A stretch of 64,000 bases of DNA from a virus (IMGVR_UViG_3300045988_108221:1-64000), one strand, 5' to 3'. Counted from the first letter of the stretch, positions 18,396-28,018 are shown. Made by a program: numbers and translations. The notes: a model not told the origin generated them from the letters alone.

Positions 18396-19000
18396 GCGTT
18401 TGCCCCTTTGAAACATCCCTCGATTGAGTCCATTAACCACTCATCGACTGCTTCATTAATTGCATCTTCAAGTTCAATACACCAATAGAAGACCTCTTCT
18501 TCCACAATATGTAGTGGTTCTTGTGGTTCTAGTGGTGGTAATGGTTTTGCCTTGGGGTTCTTCCGTGGTAGCGGTTTCTCAAGGTTTTTCCCATATAATT
18601 TACCACTAGATTTTGTATCCTTTCCACCTCTTTCAGGGGAATGGATAATATCTCCTTTGTCACGACCTGTGATTGCATTTCCATTAGCTGTCCTAGCGTT
18701 GTTGAACCACGAGGAGTTCATGTAATCTGAGACATCTGGGTTGCCTAGGTCTCCAATTTCTGCACTCGTGTTTGTCACCATAAGTGAACCTGAGCCATAC
18801 TCAAGGATAAAAGCACCAAGACCCTCAAAATCTAAACCAAGTCTAACCATGTTTTTGCTTGGTGTATATCGTCTAAGTGTTATATCGTGAGCAGTATATT
18901 CACCTTGGTCTGTCGCACTCCATCGTTGCTGGATGCGTTCTGTTAAAGCGAATACATGGTCTTCGACAACCTTAGAGACTACATCTTGGATTGTTTCCAT
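18392..19000 (-). CDS. Head-tail joining protein (putative)
   Basis: 202-aa ORF in the connector module. No diagnostic motif recognised. Confidence 0.4.
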   Translation of the reverse strand: METIQDVVSKVVEDHVFALTERIQQRWSATDQGEYTAHDITLRRYTPSKNMVRLGLDFEGLGAFILEYGSGSLMVTNTSAEIGDLGNPDVSDYMNSSWFNNARTANGNAITGRDKGDIIHSPERGGKDTKSSGKLYGKNLEKPLPRKNPKAKPLPPLEPQEPLHIVEEEVFYWCIELEDAINEAVDEWLMDSIEGCFKGANA

Positions 19001-19002
19001 GG

Positions 19003-19590
19003 TTAGCCACGCTCATCTGGTGAGCATTGCACATACAAGAATGGAGCAAAATCGAACTTGTTGATTACATCAATTTGTAAGAACTGCCCATTGATTTCGA
19101 TTCTATCAAGTAGTGCCACACCAGTATCTTTGGGTAAAATAAAACGCTTGGTTGTAGTTGGTAACAAACCATAGTCAAATATATGCATTTTGGCAGAAAC
19201 ATCTTCGTATACACACTTAAGATTTTTCACTTTAAGTGTAGCGGTGGTGCCTGCCGTGTTACCATATTCGTCTAGTTGATTGTCAACACTATAGATATTT
19301 ACTGTGGTATTAGTTGTGTAAAACTCACCTTTGTCTCCCTTGAATGAGTTTGTTTTTGCGACCAAGAACAGCGTATCGCCATTCTTGCGTTCGCAGATGT
19401 CTCCACACTCAAGTGCAGAGTCAGACATTAGATTTCCCCATCTGACATTATTCACAAGAAACCGTTTTGTACCACGACCGATTCGAGTAAAAAGTACAAA
19501 CTCAGGCTTCTTGCCATCACATTTTATAGTCTCTCTCCATGATGCGAACATCCGAGTACAGTCAAACTTAGGCGTATATTTTTCTCTCAT
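19003..19590 (-). CDS. Head-tail joining protein (putative)
   Basis: SD ACGGAGGTATAT-ATG. Position in the connector module. Confidence 0.4.
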   Translation of the reverse strand: MREKYTPKFDCTRMFASWRETIKCDGKKPEFVLFTRIGRGTKRFLVNNVRWGNLMSDSALECGDICERKNGDTLFLVAKTNSFKGDKGEFYTTNTTVNIYSVDNQLDEYGNTAGTTATLKVKNLKCVYEDVSAKMHIFDYGLLPTTTKRFILPKDTGVALLDRIEINGQFLQIDVINKFDFAPFLYVQCSPDERG

Positions 19591-19602
19591 ATATACCTCC
19601 GT

Positions 19603-20175
19603 TTAGAACCTGTAGCGAGACAATAGAGACTTAATCTCATTCGTAAACAAATTAGGGTCAGCAAGGGAAAATCTAGCATCAAGTGTAGTCATTGAGTCTA
19701 ATGCAGTAAAGGTTGATACCTGAGATATATTCATGGCAAGCATAGCACATGCAGTTTTTACTTCTTCTGGGATTCCATCATACCCATACTTGTATGTGAC
19801 CTTGTAATATCTTGCACCACGCAAGAAGATTTTTGAATATGACATTTTATTGGCATTATTTAGTAGATAAACGTATTTACTGCCGTCAAAATCGTACAGA
19901 TATGGCTCTATTTCAACACCAACTTCATTTACATCTCGTGTATGAACACCTTGGATAGACTCAATCTCTAATACAGGGTCATTCTTAAGTATCAGAATAC
20001 CCTTGCGGTTCGGATGAACAACTTCGATTGCCCTGTTTTGTGAGAACTTTGATTGACCATTGTTCGTTCCAACATAGGCATCAATCATTGTCGATGCGAA
20101 GCGAACATGAGTCTCATCAAAGGGAATAATCGTTGCATATTCGTCAATCTCATTTGGTTCTAAGTACATCGACAT
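19603..20175 (-). CDS. Head-tail connector protein (putative)
   Basis: Start moved to MSMYLEPNEI behind SD ACAGGAGAGTCAAT. Among the first genes after the capsid gene. Confidence 0.45.
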   Translation of the reverse strand: MSMYLEPNEIDEYATIIPFDETHVRFASTMIDAYVGTNNGQSKFSQNRAIEVVHPNRKGILILKNDPVLEIESIQGVHTRDVNEVGVEIEPYLYDFDGSKYVYLLNNANKMSYSKIFLRGARYYKVTYKYGYDGIPEEVKTACAMLAMNISQVSTFTALDSMTTLDARFSLADPNLFTNEIKSLLSRYRF

Positions 20176-20188
20176 ATTGACTCTCCTG

Positions 20189-20398
20189 TTATTCAGCTTC
20201 CGTTTCTTCTTTGTTTTTGGACTGTTTAGTGTCCAATGGTTTAACAACTTTGCCAGCTTTTTTATCCACAGGCTCTAGTACGGCTTCATTCAAAGCGTAT
20301 TCTTCCTCGGAAACCTCAAAGCGACCGTTGTCAGATTCAATGATGCGACCACACAGATAAATGCGTTTTGCATCACTATCTTTTAATGTTACTAACAT
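20189..20398 (-). CDS. Small hypothetical head-associated protein
   Basis: Start moved to MLVTLKDSD behind SD TGGAGATACAT. Lysine-rich C-terminus. Confidence 0.45.
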   Translation of the reverse strand: MLVTLKDSDAKRIYLCGRIIESDNGRFEVSEEEYALNEAVLEPVDKKAGKVVKPLDTKQSKNKEETEAE

Positions 20399-20424
20399 AT
20401 GTATCTCCATTCGGTTAAAACATT

Positions 20425-20444
20425 GGGGTGTCAAAAGACACCCC
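20425..20444 (-). terminator. Intrinsic terminator after major capsid gene
   Basis: GGGGTGTC-tttt-GACACCCC followed by AATGTTTT on the minus strand. Confidence 0.7.
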
Positions 20445-20472
20445 TGTGATTAATCGTTTGAATTATAGCTGA

Positions 20473-21495
20473 TTACGCTTCAACAAAATCAACTTTGAAG
20501 TGAGCACCTGCATCTGCACCTTTAGCAACAACTGCGTCAAACATTACTGCAACGTACTCGTCTAATAAGTCTTTAGTGTCGCCCATTTTGAATACACGAG
20601 CTTCAGAATCACCAACCCAATGACGTTCGATTAAGTTTTCGTTTACAACATACAATGTATGTTTTTTGTTAGATGGGTCAAATGGGATATAGTTGTCTGG
20701 AATCAATGGTAAATAGCCAGCTTGTGTACGGATAGTATTCACAATGAAACCATTGCCTAAATCAACTTTATCAGCAGATTGGTCTACGCTGAAGTTAGGA
20801 CGGCGAAGTTCTGCACGGCTTAAGTAATCAATAGTCAATGGGTTCGCATAGATAGCTGTAGGCATCCCTACAAACTTAGTAGATGCCAAGTTTTGAGCCA
20901 TTTTCGTGCGAATAGTATCTGTTACAAAATCACCAGAAGCAGTTGCAAAGCTATAAGGGTTAGCCACAGTTACAGAGTCTGTAATTTGTGTTGCCAAACC
21001 GCAGTATTCAGTTGCAGTAGAGTCTTCAGTAGAAGTTGCATTACCTGTCCAAATACCTTTATTGGATGTTTGATATAAATCAACAAGCATATCTGCCATG
21101 TCTTTATTTAACATTTGTTTAGCAAGTTCATCGCCTTGTTGAGCAACAATATCTTGGTCGAATAAAGAGTATTTAATACCAGAAGTGATTGCTTTAATGA
21201 ACAATGCACGTTCTTTACGACCATAGTCTTCATCGTAAGTACCTGTAACACCGTATTTACCAGAGTCACCTGTGCGAGCATCTACGAATTTTGCGTTGTG
21301 TGCAATCTTAGTTTGTTCCCAATATCTAGATGGGTGACCTGTCGCCATTACGGATTTGATACGGTCACGGATTGTTACTTGACGATTCAACAAGTCAAGC
21401 ATATCTTTTTGGAACTTAGGAAGTTCGATATAGTGAGATTGATTGTAGTCTGCAACGGCTGCTGCAGAGATAAAACCTGTTTTTGTTACTGCCAT
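20473..21495 (-). CDS. Major capsid protein
   Basis: 340 aa. Located after the scaffold/protease gene and before a strong terminator. SD ACAGGAGACTACATAAT-ATG. Confidence 0.75.
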   Translation of the reverse strand: MAVTKTGFISAAAVADYNQSHYIELPKFQKDMLDLLNRQVTIRDRIKSVMATGHPSRYWEQTKIAHNAKFVDARTGDSGKYGVTGTYDEDYGRKERALFIKAITSGIKYSLFDQDIVAQQGDELAKQMLNKDMADMLVDLYQTSNKGIWTGNATSTEDSTATEYCGLATQITDSVTVANPYSFATASGDFVTDTIRTKMAQNLASTKFVGMPTAIYANPLTIDYLSRAELRRPNFSVDQSADKVDLGNGFIVNTIRTQAGYLPLIPDNYIPFDPSNKKHTLYVVNENLIERHWVGDSEARVFKMGDTKDLLDEYVAVMFDAVVAKGADAGAHFKVDFVEA

Positions 21496-21540
21496 ATTAT
21501 GTAGTCTCCTGTTATGAATAGTACTTAAATATCGTCTGTA

Positions 21541-22443
21541 TTATAATACAGAGTTAACCATATCTGCGAAGTCTGTGAAGTTTTCTTTCTTGCCAGCTTC
21601 TAATTTTGCTTTTGTTTCAAGATTTTTAACATCGGAAACAACAGTTGTTTCTTTTGCGGATGCTTCGATTTCTGCATCTTTGTCAGCAACAGCTTTTTCC
21701 AATTCAGCGATTTTCGCATCTTTTTCAGCGATTGTTACATCTTTAGCAGAACATTCAGCAGTCAAGCGTTCAACTTCTGCTTTTGCAGTTGCCAATTCTT
21801 GAGCTTCAACTTTTGCTTGTTCAGCTTTTGCATTAGCTTCTAATTGAGCCTTGATTGTTTCTTCAATAAGGTTTTGAATTTCGTGTTTTTCCATTTGTTT
21901 TCCTTTCGCTGCCTTTGCAGCAATTTCAGCAATATAAGTGTTTTGGTATGCGGCTGCATTTTTAAACAACATAGCAACACCAGTAAATTCGACATCTGCC
22001 ATTTCAATATAGTCTTCGTGTTCGTGAAGATTGAACATGGCTTCCACGGAGAACCCAAGGGAGTCAACGGTCTTTTTAATGAAGTCTGCAATATCTGGGA
22101 AGTCGTTTTTATACATGATGCCTGTAAACTTTAGCTCATCACCATCAACCCAACACTTTTCGACAACACCAATTTTATTTCTTCGATTGTGAGCAGTCAT
22201 GAGTTCATCTGGGAATAGCCATGGGTCATAATCACAATTAATACCCATAAGGTTCATCGTGGATGCACATTTTTCAGCTTCATCAGAAGACAATACTACT
22301 GGTCTGTCAACACCATTGGGCGTATAATCAGACGGTGTGTTCAAAAACATACAAGTACCTGTAAAACGCATTGCATTTGAGTGTAAATTATCAAGGGTTA
22401 CACTAATTGCATTAGCTTGCAAGGATACCTTTTGCTTATTCAC
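21541..22443 (-). CDS. Scaffolding protein (possibly protease-scaffold fusion)
   Basis: C-terminal third is an A/E/K coiled coil (AKAEQAKVEAQELATAKAEVERL...). Lies between portal and capsid. GTG start overlapping the portal stop. Confidence 0.5.
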   Translation of the reverse strand: MNKQKVSLQANAISVTLDNLHSNAMRFTGTCMFLNTPSDYTPNGVDRPVVLSSDEAEKCASTMNLMGINCDYDPWLFPDELMTAHNRRNKIGVVEKCWVDGDELKFTGIMYKNDFPDIADFIKKTVDSLGFSVEAMFNLHEHEDYIEMADVEFTGVAMLFKNAAAYQNTYIAEIAAKAAKGKQMEKHEIQNLIEETIKAQLEANAKAEQAKVEAQELATAKAEVERLTAECSAKDVTIAEKDAKIAELEKAVADKDAEIEASAKETTVVSDVKNLETKAKLEAGKKENFTDFADMVNSVL

Positions 22444-23731
22444 TATCTGTCTCTCCTTTCTCCGTAGATTTCTCTAAAGGAACATCTTGTGGGGTGGATA
22501 TCACTCGTTGTTCAATTAGAGATGATTTATATTCATCGAGCAGTTGATTGCCCTTTTGAATATCAGGGAGTTCAATACCAAGAACACCATTTAGTTCTTG
22601 ACGAGCTTCGTTGATTGTGATAACATTACCATCAACAAGTTTTCTAACTCGTTCAACGGCATCGGCTTGTTGAGCCTTAGTAGGAGTAAACACAAAACGG
22701 AACTCAATTTTGCCACCATAACCAAGTCTATCAACGACATATTTATTGATGGCACGTTCAAATATTTTCGCCCATGGCTTAATTGTGTATTCCAGCATCT
22801 CGTTGTCTTTTTCCGATGATGTTGAACGGTCATTTGAGATTGCAACCCCAAGTCGTTCTGGTGGAATGTTAAAGCATGTGGCAATAATTTGTAACAACAG
22901 CTTTTGCCAATTTAGAGATGCTGACTCGTCACCAATAGGAGACACTTGTTTTGCATCTAATTGTGTTGTACCAACGATTGCTACAGCAGATTGACCTTGG
23001 ATTTCACTTTCGATATACACTCGAACTTTCTCGATTTCCTCTTGAGATGCGTTTGCACCAAGATTAATCAAATACTTTGGCATCGCATTAGAAGAAATAT
23101 CATTTGCATACTCTTGTACCTCAGATAGATACTTGATGTGTCGATAGGCTTGTTCTAATGGTGAATAACCAAACTCATCATAAGTCAGTTTCGTGCGTTG
23201 TAACATTGCGATTTTATCACATTTATACCACTCCTGAACACCATTGGCGTTCTGCATGTATCTTGGCTGGTTTAAATCGCCAGACCAATTTGTGACAACT
23301 TCAATCGTTTGAGCATCAATAGGGAATAAATACAAAGGTCTATCCCTTTTAACAACCTTTTGTTCAAAGAACGCAAGGTCTAACACAATTAAATCTTCAA
23401 ATAATTTGCCAATGAAGTCATGGTAATCGTCCACAGGGTTAGGTTGTTTAACAATCTCAGTTACTTTGCGAATTGCTTTTTTATTTTCGTTATCATCAAT
23501 AGAAACAACCTCCCATGGCAATGCTAGGATGCCCTCTCGAATTTGATTAATAGCACTTCTAGCAATAGGTGTTTTTGCCATGTTTCGTAACGCATCGACA
23601 CTCAACTTAGTTTCCGTGTTTTTGCGTTTCTTATTACCCCAACGACCAAACCATGTTTGTGTTACATTGGCAATAGTATCTCGTGTAACGAAAGCACTCA
23701 TCCATGCGTAAATTTTTTCTCGTAGGTTCAT
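22436..23731 (-). CDS. Portal protein
   Basis: 431 aa, directly after the large terminase. ATG in an ATGA overlap with the terL stop. Confidence 0.8.
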   Translation of the reverse strand: MNLREKIYAWMSAFVTRDTIANVTQTWFGRWGNKKRKNTETKLSVDALRNMAKTPIARSAINQIREGILALPWEVVSIDDNENKKAIRKVTEIVKQPNPVDDYHDFIGKLFEDLIVLDLAFFEQKVVKRDRPLYLFPIDAQTIEVVTNWSGDLNQPRYMQNANGVQEWYKCDKIAMLQRTKLTYDEFGYSPLEQAYRHIKYLSEVQEYANDISSNAMPKYLINLGANASQEEIEKVRVYIESEIQGQSAVAIVGTTQLDAKQVSPIGDESASLNWQKLLLQIIATCFNIPPERLGVAISNDRSTSSEKDNEMLEYTIKPWAKIFERAINKYVVDRLGYGGKIEFRFVFTPTKAQQADAVERVRKLVDGNVITINEARQELNGVLGIELPDIQKGNQLLDEYKSSLIEQRVISTPQDVPLEKSTEKGETDSE

Positions 23732-25410
23732 CGTTTCCAACCTTTCATGAATGATAGTGTGTCCATTCGTTTCTTACGAATTGTACCCATCGCACCAACA
23801 TTGATAGTCGATGAGTTTTCTAAGAATTTAGATATACACCGTTCTAAACAGTCAGGTGCATCATCGTGGTCTTTTGGAAAGTTCTTAAGTTGACTTTCGA
23901 GAACACGATGGTTTTTGTTAAACTTGATGTATCCCTGCTTTATCTTTGGTGCAAGCGAGCGTATTCTAGTACCCTTGTTGTCGCTCGCTGTACTACGAGC
24001 AGAAATCCAGTTTACATACAGACCCATATCAACGGCGGTCTGCTGTAAAGTCTTAGAGAAGAACTCTTGGAATACGTTCTCTTCGACAATAAAACCGTCT
24101 AAACGACCATTATACTTGTCGAGATACAACAGTATATCATTAATAATAATATCTGGTGACCTGCGTTCAATGTCGGCTTCTAACACATAGAAATAATTAT
24201 CTACGCCACGACCGACAAATATAATCGCAGAATAATCAGATGTTCGTGATTTACCCATAGATAAATCGACAGATGCATATATCTGTTTCATCTTAGGTAA
24301 ATTCGTTTCGTCATAATAGTTAGCCTTAATCCACGACTCTTTAAACACTCGACTCGCTTCTGTCATAGGGTTGTTTTGATACTCTGAGTTGAACGCTTCA
24401 TCGTCTTGCATACGCAAAATCATGAGTTCTTGATACCAGTTATCACGAGACAATCTCATCTTCTCTTCGTATGAACAATCCATGTGTTCAAATAAACCAA
24501 AGTTACGACCCTCCCACATTATTTTGACACCGTCCATCATTTCATCTCGATGTTCCTCAAAATAATCGGCTGCGTTCTTTGCCGCATCTGGGTCTGACAA
24601 GTCGTTAAAGATTTCTTCCCAAACAGTCCAACAAGGACTTTCGGAAAACGTGTATACAGCTTTATATATTGAACGATTCCAGTTATTAAATTTGGAGTCG
24701 GTCAACACTTTATATAGTAATGATTCATAATGCAATACCGAACCAACATACAAAAATACAGTTCGAGGATTGCCAATCGGCATCAATACTTTCATGAACC
24801 AATCATATAATTTCTTGCGTTGGTTTTCTGTTTCTACTGCTTCGTCATTCTCAAGGTCGTCCAAGATAACAACTTCTGGTCGAATATTGTTATAACTTGA
24901 ACCACGTAAAGATTGACCGCTTGACTTTGCAAACACTTGGATTTTGTTCTTTGTGACAATCTTGTCGCTTGCCCATGTCTTATCACCTTTAAGAAGACCA
25001 AAGTCTTTTTTCAAACGTTCATTATCTTCTAGTTCGTCTTTTATCGTTTGAATGAACTCCTTGGCTTGTTCAAAGGTATCAGATATAATCAGTATGTTCT
25101 TACGATAGCCATACACGATTAACCATATAGGGAACACGACCGAGATAATACGGCTCTTACCGTGACCTCGTGGTGCCGCACGAACAAATTTGTTATGCAA
25201 GTTATCAAAGTGCAGTATCATATTTTCTGCATCCCTAAACATCGAATGATGAAAGTCGCAGAATGGAGTAGAGAATATATGGGGGAAATATGTCTTGGCG
25301 AAGTGTTCCAAGTTTGTAGCACCAATATCTTTGTCAGTTGGTGTGTTATCACTTGGCTCTGTTGTCGCTCGAGATGCCCCTAGTAGCGTGTCTAAAATAT
25401 TTTCAGCCAT
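23728..25410 (-). CDS. terL: Terminase large subunit
   Basis: APRGHGKSRI (Walker A-like), VVILDDLEND (Walker B) and a C-terminal nuclease acidic motif (DHDDAPDCLE). ATG behind AAGGAGGTGTGTTA. Confidence 0.9.
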   Translation of the reverse strand: MAENILDTLLGASRATTEPSDNTPTDKDIGATNLEHFAKTYFPHIFSTPFCDFHHSMFRDAENMILHFDNLHNKFVRAAPRGHGKSRIISVVFPIWLIVYGYRKNILIISDTFEQAKEFIQTIKDELEDNERLKKDFGLLKGDKTWASDKIVTKNKIQVFAKSSGQSLRGSSYNNIRPEVVILDDLENDEAVETENQRKKLYDWFMKVLMPIGNPRTVFLYVGSVLHYESLLYKVLTDSKFNNWNRSIYKAVYTFSESPCWTVWEEIFNDLSDPDAAKNAADYFEEHRDEMMDGVKIMWEGRNFGLFEHMDCSYEEKMRLSRDNWYQELMILRMQDDEAFNSEYQNNPMTEASRVFKESWIKANYYDETNLPKMKQIYASVDLSMGKSRTSDYSAIIFVGRGVDNYFYVLEADIERRSPDIIINDILLYLDKYNGRLDGFIVEENVFQEFFSKTLQQTAVDMGLYVNWISARSTASDNKGTRIRSLAPKIKQGYIKFNKNHRVLESQLKNFPKDHDDAPDCLERCISKFLENSSTINVGAMGTIRKKRMDTLSFMKGWKR

Positions 25411-25493
25411 TAACACACCTCCTTACAGAAAATTCGTTCTCTATATATAGTATAAAACACTTTAATTTTGTAACACTTTTTTGAGAAAAATTA

Positions 25494-26102
25494 TCAATTT
25501 TGTTGGATTTTTGCATAATTTGCCAATAAAATCTTATTATCTTTCATTTGTTCACGCACTTTATTCGCCAAAGCAGGGTCTTCTTTATTGATAATATCCA
25601 TAATCTCAACGATAATAGAGTTCATAGCTTGGAATGTATAAATTTTCTCTGCGACTGTTTGCATATCCTTTAAGATAGACTGTTTTCTTGCGATATACTT
25701 CTCTTGGTCTAACATTAGGTCTTTCATACGTTTGTAGACAACATCGGCATCCGAAGAACCAGTCGCTTGTTGACATTGCAAGTCGTCTATGAACAGTTGT
25801 ATCATCTCGATTTGTGTCTCAACCATATCAAGTAAGTTCTTTTGTTGGTTATAGGTGTTAACCACTTCAGTTTCTTCCGATGGTTGCATCTCTTGTACCA
25901 AGTTTGTGCGACACCAATCACCGACCATCTTAGGCGTAATCAAGATATTCTGTAGCTCGCCCTTATGTTCTTTATTTAGTTGTCGAGCGATTGCCGTATA
26001 AGATTTACCAGCGTTTCGCCAATCGGTTACATAGTCGCCAAGACCGAAAAAGTCAATGCGGTTCTCATAACCCTTTTTACGCTTTAATGCGACTTCATTC
26101 AT
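25494..26102 (-). CDS. Terminase small subunit (putative, N-terminal HTH)
   Basis: HTH-like GKSYTAIARQLN near the N-terminus plus a coiled-coil C-terminus. Located directly upstream of terL. Confidence 0.5.
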   Translation of the reverse strand: MNEVALKRKKGYENRIDFFGLGDYVTDWRNAGKSYTAIARQLNKEHKGELQNILITPKMVGDWCRTNLVQEMQPSEETEVVNTYNQQKNLLDMVETQIEMIQLFIDDLQCQQATGSSDADVVYKRMKDLMLDQEKYIARKQSILKDMQTVAEKIYTFQAMNSIIVEIMDIINKEDPALANKVREQMKDNKILLANYAKIQQN

Positions 26103-26137
26103 AATATCAAATTCTCCAAAAATATTTCAAAAAGTTG

Positions 26138-26166
26138 TTGACATAATATATCCTGTAATGTATCAT
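26138..26166 (+). promoter_or_regulatory. Sigma70-type promoter of the plus-strand recombinase operon
   Basis: TTGACA, 17-nt spacer, TATCAT, about 40 nt upstream of the SD AGGAGG. Confidence 0.65.
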
Positions 26167-26206
26167 ATAAGTAGAAATCATGGAAACACACAGGAGGAAA
26201 CATATC

Positions 26207-26737
26207 ATGGCTAATACAACAGAACCAATTAGAAATCTATCAAAAGTCCAAGAAATGAAACAAGCACTAGGGAATGACCGAGATAAAATGTTGTTCACTC
26301 TTGGCATTAACTCTGGTCTCCGCATCAGCGACCTTGTCGGTCTCACAGTCGATGATGTTAAACCAGAGATGGAATTGTATGAACAAAAGACAGGTAAGTT
26401 CAAACGGTTTATGTTATCTAAAGAGGTCTACGCATTGTTATGCGAATACGCAAGCCGATGCAAGCATTGGTTATTTCCAAGTCGCTCTGGTGACGGACAT
26501 ATCTCGACCGTACAAGCGTGGAGGAAAATCAAAGCTGCATCCGTGAAATGTGGTTTAGATAACATCGGTACGCACTCGATGCGTAAAACATTTGGATACC
26601 ATGCGTATCGCAAAGGTGTACCGATTGCGTACCTTATGCAAGTCTTTAATCATTCCTCGGAAGCAATCACAATGCGATACATTGGTATCACAACAGAGGA
26701 ATTAAATACTAAAGTGTATGCCATTATGGCTTTATAA
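26207..26737 (+). CDS. Small tyrosine recombinase (catalytic domain only, FimB/FimE-sized)
   Basis: Candidate catalytic residues: R (GLRISDL), H-x-x-R (THSMRKTF), and H...Y (NHSSEAITMRYI). Start moved to the ATG behind AGGAGGAAACATATC. 176 aa, with no N-terminal arm/core-binding domain. Confidence 0.8.
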   Translation: MANTTEPIRNLSKVQEMKQALGNDRDKMLFTLGINSGLRISDLVGLTVDDVKPEMELYEQKTGKFKRFMLSKEVYALLCEYASRCKHWLFPSRSGDGHISTVQAWRKIKAASVKCGLDNIGTHSMRKTFGYHAYRKGVPIAYLMQVFNHSSEAITMRYIGITTEELNTKVYAIMAL

Positions 26738-26752
26738 CAGGAGGAATCACTT

Positions 26753-27007
26753 ATGATTGCAATTATTTTATTATTACTATTGGTTACCGCAGTTAGTCTT
26801 GCGATTGCATTGGTTGTCGGATGGGTAACATCTCCACGCACCGCAGGTATTCTGTATATTGTTGTCGCTGGCATGTATGGAGCATCCACCGTAAGCAATA
26901 TCGCTGACGGAACTGTCAAGTTTGGTGACTCTTGGTTGGCTTTTGCAATTTGTGCAATTTTTGTCTACCTTGGATTGCGATTTATTGCTGAGTTCCCAGA
27001 GTATTAA
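26753..27007 (+). CDS. Small integral membrane protein (3 TM)
   Basis: SD ACAGGAGGAATCACTT-ATG. Hydrophobic throughout. Co-transcribed with the recombinase. Confidence 0.65.
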   Translation: MIAIILLLLLVTAVSLAIALVVGWVTSPRTAGILYIVVAGMYGASTVSNIADGTVKFGDSWLAFAICAIFVYLGLRFIAEFPEY

Positions 27008-27022
27008 TCACAAAGTCTTTTA

Positions 27023-27072
27023 AAGGGCATACATAGGTTTATATCTTAGGATATATTCTTATGTATGCCCTT
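27023..27072 (+). terminator. Intrinsic terminator of the plus-strand operon
   Basis: AAGGGCATACAT ... ATGTATGCCCTT stem followed by TTTTG. Confidence 0.7.
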
Positions 27073-27181
27073 TTTGTGTTTCTTGGGTTACATCTGTATG
27101 TTTCATTTGTAGTCTCACACGTATGTTAACAGGTTTGGTCTCAAACACAATATCTGACTATAAGGCAAACACGTTAGTGTT

Positions 27182-27268
27182 TATTGTCGAAGACAATCTT
27201 ATAGGTTTAATACTTATGTATTCTTTAGAGTATTCCTTATAGATTGCTTCGCAATATTCCTTACGGAA
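27182..27268. repeat. Three short palindromes in ORF-free DNA
   Basis: ATTGTC-gaa-GACAAT, ATTGC-ttc-GCAAT and ATTCC-ttac-GGAAT. Surrounded by reiterated CTTATAG, TTTCTTAA and CTTTCAA words. Confidence 0.6.
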
Positions 27269-27381
27269 TGTCTTTCAAGTCGGTTTCTTAAGTTTGGGGT
27301 AAAACCTTTTTCAAAAGCTGTTTCTTAAAACTCTTTCAAGAACGCACTTGCTTTCAAACCATAAGTTAAAACTCTCTCTAC

Positions 27382-27410
27382 TTATAGGGTAAAACATTTG
27401 ATTTTTGTAA
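27382..27410 (-). promoter_or_regulatory. Orphan promoter-like element pointing toward the recombinase operon
   Basis: On the minus strand: AAAAAAGTG-TTACAA, 17-18 nt spacer, (C)TATAAG. The A-tract plus TTACAA box recurs upstream of terL (~25447-25483). Confidence 0.35.
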
Positions 27411-27591
27411 CACTTTTTTCTTAAAATTGGATAAATATTTTATTTTACATGGTAAAATTTACCCCTCAAAAATGCCACTCAGCTCAGTAAATATCTGTGT
27501 TTCAAGACTTGAAAAAATTTTTTCCAGTTTATGAGTAAAAAATGCCCCATAAGTCTTAAATCTATAAAATGCGATACAGGATTTTTAACTC

Positions 27592-27886
27592 GCATGGTAC
27601 TAGGCTGGTGTCACACTCCTATGGTAGTGCTTGGGTTGGACGGCATCTGACCCACATGGGATAAAATCGAACGAATGTACGTTGGTAAACACAACCATAG
27701 TATCGTGATGAATTTTCACAAGCACAACACTAGGGTCGTGATTTTGGATGGAAAATAGTTTGGCTGCGGCCTGTAGTTAGTCTGACTAAAAATAAAGCAA
27801 TCACCATCCTATGATGGTGATTAACTATGTTGAAAAATATTGTCCAAACGATACACAGTCCTAGTATTGCATCTCCCTAGTACCAT
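27592..27886. repeat. ~295-bp segment bounded by a perfect 12-bp inverted repeat
   Basis: CATGGTACTAGG (27592-27603) and CCTAGTACCATG (27875-27886). ACTAGG occurs 7 times within 27597-28402. Confidence 0.6.
27798..27821 (-). terminator. Intrinsic terminator inside the IR-bounded segment
   Basis: AATCACCATC-atag-GATGGTGATT followed by GCTTTATTTTT on the minus strand. Confidence 0.55.
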
Positions 27887-28018
27887 GTCACAAACTTATA
27901 ATAACGCTATACTAGGAAAACATACATCAAAAAACATAATCATCATACTAGGGTTTACATATTATAGAAAATCATAAGTTACCTTGTATGCAACCCTAAA
28001 AATTTCTACAAAAATTTT

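Noticed and set aside
27592-27886. Retron msr/msd or a DGR template region (flanking inverted repeats, structured GC-richer core)
   Set aside because: There is no reverse-transcriptase ORF anywhere in the window, and no A-to-N variable/template repeat pair was seen in the tail genes.
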